Shown here piece after piece: positions 59,283-64,000 of a DNA stretch of 64,000 bases. The DNA lies in assembly GCA_011772475.1 (NCBI GenBank), contig WVZK01000134.1, forward strand, positions 70,793 to 134,792, in the 5' to 3' direction. The notes beneath the pieces were generated by a model that was not told where the DNA came from, did no database searches, and worked only from the letters and a program-made list of their open reading frames with translations. Position 1 is the first letter of the stretch; each line of letters begins with the position of its first letter. Made by a program: the position numbers and the translations under genes. The DNA is from Candidatus Aminicenantes bacterium (GTDB lineage: Bacteria; Acidobacteriota; Aminicenantia; Aminicenantales; Aminicenantaceae).

Positions 59283-61052
59283 ATGAGGAAAGCAATCATT
59301 CCATTCGTCATCCTACTCTTTGTTTTTTTGAGCGCTAGTCTACTTCTATCTAAAGCAGATAATGAAGACGAAAAATTCAAAAAAACATTAGAAGCTTATC
59401 TTGATGCACTTTGGAAGTTCTACCCGACCTCAGCTACGTTAGCTGGCTACCACAAGTACGACAACCAGTTAGAAAACCTCAGCAGTAAAAGCATCGAGAA
59501 CCGGCACGAAGCTTTAGATGAATTTAACCAAGAATTCGTGGCTAAAGTTGATAAAACCAAGCTTAGCCCTGAGCTTCAAATCGACCATGAGATGGTACTC
59601 GACGCTTTAGACCTTGAGCTTTTCAGGCACGAAAATCTTGTTCCCTGGGAATACAATCCTGTTTTTTACAACGAAATCTTTGCAAATTGCGTGCGACCCC
59701 TCCTTACCAAGGAATTTGCTCCTATGGATACAAGGGCAAAGAACGCAACAGACAGGCTAAAAGCACTGCCAAAGCTCATCAAACAAGCTAAAGAGAACTT
59801 GAAAACTCCTCCTCAAATATTCACAGAGACAGCCATAAAGCAATTCACGGGAATAATGAATTTTTATAAAAATGAACTCCCTGAATTGATTGAACAAGCC
59901 CCGGAAGCTAACAAATCCAAACTTAAAGAAAATTTAACCAAGGTCATTGCTGCCTTAGTTGATTATCAGAATTTTCTTCAGAATGAACTTCTTCCCAAGT
60001 CCACAGGAAATTTCCGTTTAGGAGAACAGGCTCACTTAAGGCTGACTCGGTTAACATTGCAGAACGATATTCCTCTCCAGGAACTTAACGCCAGAGCAGA
60101 TGCTGATTATAAAAATATCCGGCGTGAAATGTTCCTTGTTTGCATACCACTCTATAAGATAATGGAACCGAAAATAGACCTGGATAATCCTCCCCCTAAT
60201 CTCAATGAAGACCAACTCATAAATACCACCGTAGCCCATGTATTAGATAAAATAAAAGCTGAACATGATGCAAAAGAAAATTATATTAACAGGATAAAAA
60301 CATCAGCAGAGGAAATAAAAAATTTTATCATCGAGAACGAGATTCTTGAGCTGCCTGAGAATAATCTCGAAATCGTACCTATGCCGCTTGATTCCCAGGG
60401 AATAACCTGGACTCGCCTTTCATCCCCCGGAGCTTATGAGAGTTCAGGTACCTACTCTTTAGAGGTCACTCCCATTCCCGAAGATTGGGAAGAGGATAAG
60501 ACCAAATCCTTCTTTGAGGAATACAATAATTTCTTTCTCTATTTATGGGCTATCCGGAAAGCATATCCCGGACAGTTCGTCCCCTTGTTTTATACTCGTA
60601 AATACCCATCATTGGCAAGAAATCTCTATCCCAATATGCCGTTGATCAAAGGATGGCCCGTCCATCTTGAAGAGGAGTTTATTTTCAAAGGTTTTGGAAA
60701 TTATGACCTAAGACTCCGCTTGAATCAGCTTAAGCTCCTTCTTAAAGCAGTTATGGATTTCAAACTCGAACTAAATATCCATCAAGGCGGCATGACAAAA
60801 GAAATGGCGGTTGCCTATATGACAAGAGGCGGGTTTCAGACTCAGGCTGAAGCCGAAAGAAAATGGAATCGCATTATTCTAAAGCCTGTCGACTGCGCCT
60901 GCACCTATGTTGGCTTCCAGGAAATCCTGGACATGGAAAAGGAATACAAAAATCTTAAGGGCGAAGCATTCAGCAAAAAAGAATTTCTCGCAAAACTTCT
61001 CAGTTACGGCGCCCTTCCTATTCGTCATTTGAAGAAAAAGATTTTGGAATAA
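59283..61052 (+). CDS. Secreted hypothetical protein, about 590 aa (possibly DUF885-like)
   Basis: Signal peptide MRKAIIPFVILLFVFLSASLLLS and AGGAGG RBS. No confident catalytic motif. Confidence 0.35.
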   Translation: MRKAIIPFVILLFVFLSASLLLSKADNEDEKFKKTLEAYLDALWKFYPTSATLAGYHKYDNQLENLSSKSIENRHEALDEFNQEFVAKVDKTKLSPELQIDHEMVLDALDLELFRHENLVPWEYNPVFYNEIFANCVRPLLTKEFAPMDTRAKNATDRLKALPKLIKQAKENLKTPPQIFTETAIKQFTGIMNFYKNELPELIEQAPEANKSKLKENLTKVIAALVDYQNFLQNELLPKSTGNFRLGEQAHLRLTRLTLQNDIPLQELNARADADYKNIRREMFLVCIPLYKIMEPKIDLDNPPPNLNEDQLINTTVAHVLDKIKAEHDAKENYINRIKTSAEEIKNFIIENEILELPENNLEIVPMPLDSQGITWTRLSSPGAYESSGTYSLEVTPIPEDWEEDKTKSFFEEYNNFFLYLWAIRKAYPGQFVPLFYTRKYPSLARNLYPNMPLIKGWPVHLEEEFIFKGFGNYDLRLRLNQLKLLLKAVMDFKLELNIHQGGMTKEMAVAYMTRGGFQTQAEAERKWNRIILKPVDCACTYVGFQEILDMEKEYKNLKGEAFSKKEFLAKLLSYGALPIRHLKKKILE

Positions 61053-61222
61053 AAAAGGGCTTTCTTTATTCTATTTCTCGCTTGAATCTATACAAAACCA
61101 TATTTGACCGCGAAAGAAACGCTTTCTGGGCCCTTTAGCGTTACAGAATATACTTTTTGCTGTCTAACTTTTATATAATAAGGACTATTGCTTTTGTCGA
61201 ACTATCTTCATAAGAGAAATAA

Positions 61223-62026
61223 ATGACATTCACCCTAGTTGATTCGCATGCTCATTTGGACATGGAGGATTTTGACAAAGACCGCGATCAGGTTGTCCAG
61301 AGAGCATTCCAGGAGGGGATCAAATCCATACTTTGCCCTGCAGACGTTACAAATCCTAAAAGCATCGAAAAGACATTCAATCTAGCCAAAAAATACAAGA
61401 GCCTCATCGCTGCAGTAGGAATACACCCTCATCAAGCTAAACACTTCACTGCGAGCCACACCCAAAGAATACAGGAACTAGCGGGAGAGGAAAAAGTAAA
61501 AGCCGTAGGAGAAATCGGGCTTGATTTCCACTACGATTTCTCCCCGCGCCATGAACAAGAAGAAGTTTTCCGTCATCAACTCAACTTAGCTCAGAAATTG
61601 GAGCTTCCTGTCGTCGTCCATAGTCGAAATGCGGGCAAGGAGATTACCAGGGCTATTGAAGAAGAAAACTTCAGCAAAGGAGGCATCCTGCACTGCTTCA
61701 CCGAAGATTGGGTACTAGCAAAGCGAATGATGGATAAAAATTTCTATATCTCCTTTTCCGGGATTCTCACCTTTCCAAAAGCCCAGCCACTTAGAGAGAT
61801 CGCTGAAAAAATACCCTTAGAAAAACTTCTGATTGAAACTGATTCCCCTTACCTTGTTCCTTTTCCCCTTAAAGGCAAAATAAAGAGAAACGAACCAGCC
61901 CACGTGATAGAAATCGCCAAAGTTCTGGCTGAGCTAAAGAAGATTTCTTTAGATAAACTGGCTTGCGCCACTTCTCAAAATTTCGAATCTCTTTTTATGT
62001 TTGAAATTAAAAACCCTAGATGCTAA
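61223..62026 (+). CDS. tatD: TatD-family metal-dependent deoxyribonuclease/hydrolase
   Basis: LVDSHAHLD N-terminal metal-binding motif and characteristic His/Glu/Asp positions (VVHSR, HCF, ETDSP). Confidence 0.85.
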   Translation: MTFTLVDSHAHLDMEDFDKDRDQVVQRAFQEGIKSILCPADVTNPKSIEKTFNLAKKYKSLIAAVGIHPHQAKHFTASHTQRIQELAGEEKVKAVGEIGLDFHYDFSPRHEQEEVFRHQLNLAQKLELPVVVHSRNAGKEITRAIEEENFSKGGILHCFTEDWVLAKRMMDKNFYISFSGILTFPKAQPLREIAEKIPLEKLLIETDSPYLVPFPLKGKIKRNEPAHVIEIAKVLAELKKISLDKLACATSQNFESLFMFEIKNPRC

Positions 62027-62167
62027 GATATGAGGGGCTTCTTGAATCATTTCAAGTAAATAATGTTCAGGATCCGAGTAAGGATCAGAACTAGAAAGTG
62101 CTAATATCCTTTAAAAAAAGAGGATATAAAGAGGCCTTGGAAGATGCATGCTATTTAGAAATTAAAG

Positions 62168-63190
62168 ATGAGTGAATCAGCCACTAATTCTATCAAATCT
62201 CGCGTGGAAAAAAGTCCAAGCCTGAGAAGATTGTATAACAATATCATGAAGGATCTGGAAAAAGTAGAGCAGGAGCTCAGACTTTTTTCTCGCTCTCCTA
62301 ATAAGCTCATCTCCGATATCAGCACCTATCTTTTTCAAGCGAACGGAAAAAGGATAAGACCTGCTCTCGTATTACTTTGTTCCAAATTATTCGGATACAA
62401 GGGAAAAGAGCATATCCTAATGTCGACCTTGGTTGAAGCTATCCACACTGCCAGCCTAATCCATGATGATATCATCGATAATTCAAAAATAAGGAGGGGA
62501 AGGGAGTCCATCCACGCCAAATGGGGCCCAAACGTCACTGTTCTTTTGGGTGACTATCTGTATATTAAGGCGCTTAGCCTCTCTTTACAGAGTGAACACA
62601 GCCAGATAATCCAGATTCTTACCAGCATTTCCGCTAGGATGGTTGAAGGGGAACTAACAGAATACTATCTGAGCGGAAACTTGGATATGGCTGAAAAAGA
62701 TTACTTGGATATCATCAATAAAAAGACCGCGTCTCTTTTCTCCGCTTCCTGCCAAATAGGGGGTATTCTTGGAAGAGCTACCAAGAAAGAAGAAAATCAC
62801 CTGGCAGAATACGGTGCAAACCTGGGTATGAGTTTTCAAATAATTGACGATCTTCTTGACTTTACAGGAGAAGAAAAAACCCTGGGTAAGCCAATTCTTT
62901 CCGATTTAAGTGAAGGCCGCATCACTTTACCCCTAATATACACTCTGCACAATGACGGCAGAGAAAACCGAAAACTTGTCATTGAGTTAATGAAGCAGAA
63001 GGATCAGGATAAGGAATCCCTTAGGGAGATTCTCAAAATTGTCAAATCCAACGGTGCGCTTGATTACACATACAAAAAAGCAGAAGAATTCTCGCGTAAA
63101 TCAAGAGAAATCATGTCTCAATTTCCTAAATCTACCCATCAGGAAGCCTTAAGTTTATTATCAGAGTTCATCATAAAAAGAAGGAAATAG
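62168..63190 (+). CDS. ispB: Long-chain polyprenyl diphosphate synthase (octa- or heptaprenyl type)
   Basis: First DDxxD LIHDDIIDNSKIRRG and second DDxxD FQIIDDLLDFTG. Confidence 0.85.
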   Translation: MSESATNSIKSRVEKSPSLRRLYNNIMKDLEKVEQELRLFSRSPNKLISDISTYLFQANGKRIRPALVLLCSKLFGYKGKEHILMSTLVEAIHTASLIHDDIIDNSKIRRGRESIHAKWGPNVTVLLGDYLYIKALSLSLQSEHSQIIQILTSISARMVEGELTEYYLSGNLDMAEKDYLDIINKKTASLFSASCQIGGILGRATKKEENHLAEYGANLGMSFQIIDDLLDFTGEEKTLGKPILSDLSEGRITLPLIYTLHNDGRENRKLVIELMKQKDQDKESLREILKIVKSNGALDYTYKKAEEFSRKSREIMSQFPKSTHQEALSLLSEFIIKRRK

Positions 63191-63377
63191 CCTGTAAAAA
63201 AGGGTTAGAGTCAAGAAAACTTTAAAGGAATTCAAGTTATCTTTACTGATTACTATTCACGATTTTCCAAATTGTGCCCCTCTACTTCTTTAATCCCTTG
63301 AATATTGTGATGCACGAAATGCAAAAGTCTCCAAAGCAGGAAACTCGTAAAAATGAAGATCTTACCGAAGAGAACTG

Positions 63378-63920
63378 ATGATTGAAATAGAAGTAAAAAT
63401 CCGGATTGATGACCTAAAGAACCTCCGAGAAAAGATCTTGGAGCTCGGAGCTAAACTGGAAAAAGAACGTTTCTATGAAGAAAACACTCTTTATGATTTT
63501 CCTTCAAAGACTCTTTATAAAAAGCAACAAGCATTAAGACTTCGAAGAATGAATAAGAAATCCTTCTTAACCTTCAAAGGCCCTCCTCAAAAATCAAGGA
63601 AATTTAAAATAAGAGAAGAATATGAAACAGAACTGAAAAATGAAAAACAATTGATAAAAATACTAAAATCCTTAGGATATATTCCTGTCTTCAATTATGA
63701 AAAACACAGAACTATCTACAGAAAAAAAAGCTTAAGAATTTCTCTGGATGAATTGTCAATAGGAAACTTTATCGAGCTGGAAGGGGAAAGAGAGGAAATC
63801 GTAAAATTTACCAACGCCTTGGGCATTTCGAAGAAGGAATTCATCAAGCTGGATTATATACAGCTTATTAAAAAAGAGTCGGCAAAAACTAAGATAGGCT
63901 CTAAAAACCTCTCCTTCTAA
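63378..63920 (+). CDS. CYTH-domain protein (class IV adenylate cyclase / triphosphate tunnel metalloenzyme family)
   Basis: N-terminal EIEVKIRI motif (ExExK) and a roughly 180-aa size. Confidence 0.65.
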   Translation: MIEIEVKIRIDDLKNLREKILELGAKLEKERFYEENTLYDFPSKTLYKKQQALRLRRMNKKSFLTFKGPPQKSRKFKIREEYETELKNEKQLIKILKSLGYIPVFNYEKHRTIYRKKSLRISLDELSIGNFIELEGEREEIVKFTNALGISKKEFIKLDYIQLIKKESAKTKIGSKNLSF

Positions 63921-64000
63921 GTCTTATCCCCCTAAGTTTTCTTTTTGGGTATTTCCTTGGCCTTTTTTCTGAGCGTCTCTTTGGATTTTGCTTTTGGTTT

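Overview
This 64 kb window is a dense, mostly housekeeping stretch of a bacterial chromosome with roughly 42% GC. The organism looks like a diderm, because the window carries BamA, Skp, the lipid A genes LpxA and LpxI, FabZ and the LolCDE lipoprotein exporter. It also looks anaerobic, because it carries an NfnAB-like module, a NuoEFG-like flavoprotein module, radical SAM enzymes and a CoA-transferase. I can support about 52 protein-coding genes from motifs visible in the translations. I found no rRNA, tRNA, CRISPR array, transposase, integrase or obvious phage or defence genes. Several things deserve a second look. (i) A tightly overlapping six-gene operon encodes an alanine-dehydrogenase/PNT-like protein followed by NuoE-like, NuoF-like, NuoG/FdhA-like, NfnA-like and NfnB-like subunits. 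This is a flavin/FeS assembly that may bifurcate electrons, and I cannot match it to a described subunit combination. (ii) The outer-membrane and lipid A cluster uses LpxI, has a Gfo/Idh/MocA (GnnA-like) oxidoreductase next to it, and has no lpxD between skp and fabZ. (iii) A serine-palmitoyltransferase-like alpha-oxoamine synthase sits divergent to an NAD-dependent epimerase/reductase, with FabH nearby, which suggests a sphingolipid or aminolipid locus. (iv) Two families of dispersed intergenic palindromic repeats occur: a 28-nt GTAGGGGTTTGAT..ATCAAACCCCTAC hairpin family whose stem shows compensatory changes, including a 44-bp tandem array, and a MITE-like family bounded by GGGGTCAGRYCTTG...CAAGRYCTGACCCC inverted repeats. 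(v) A 1380-aa secreted protein carries a divergent C-terminal M14 carboxypeptidase-like domain. (vi) A roughly 150-nt closed-stem structured element lies in a divergent promoter region. All calls rest on motif-level reading of the sequence, and none has been checked against a database.
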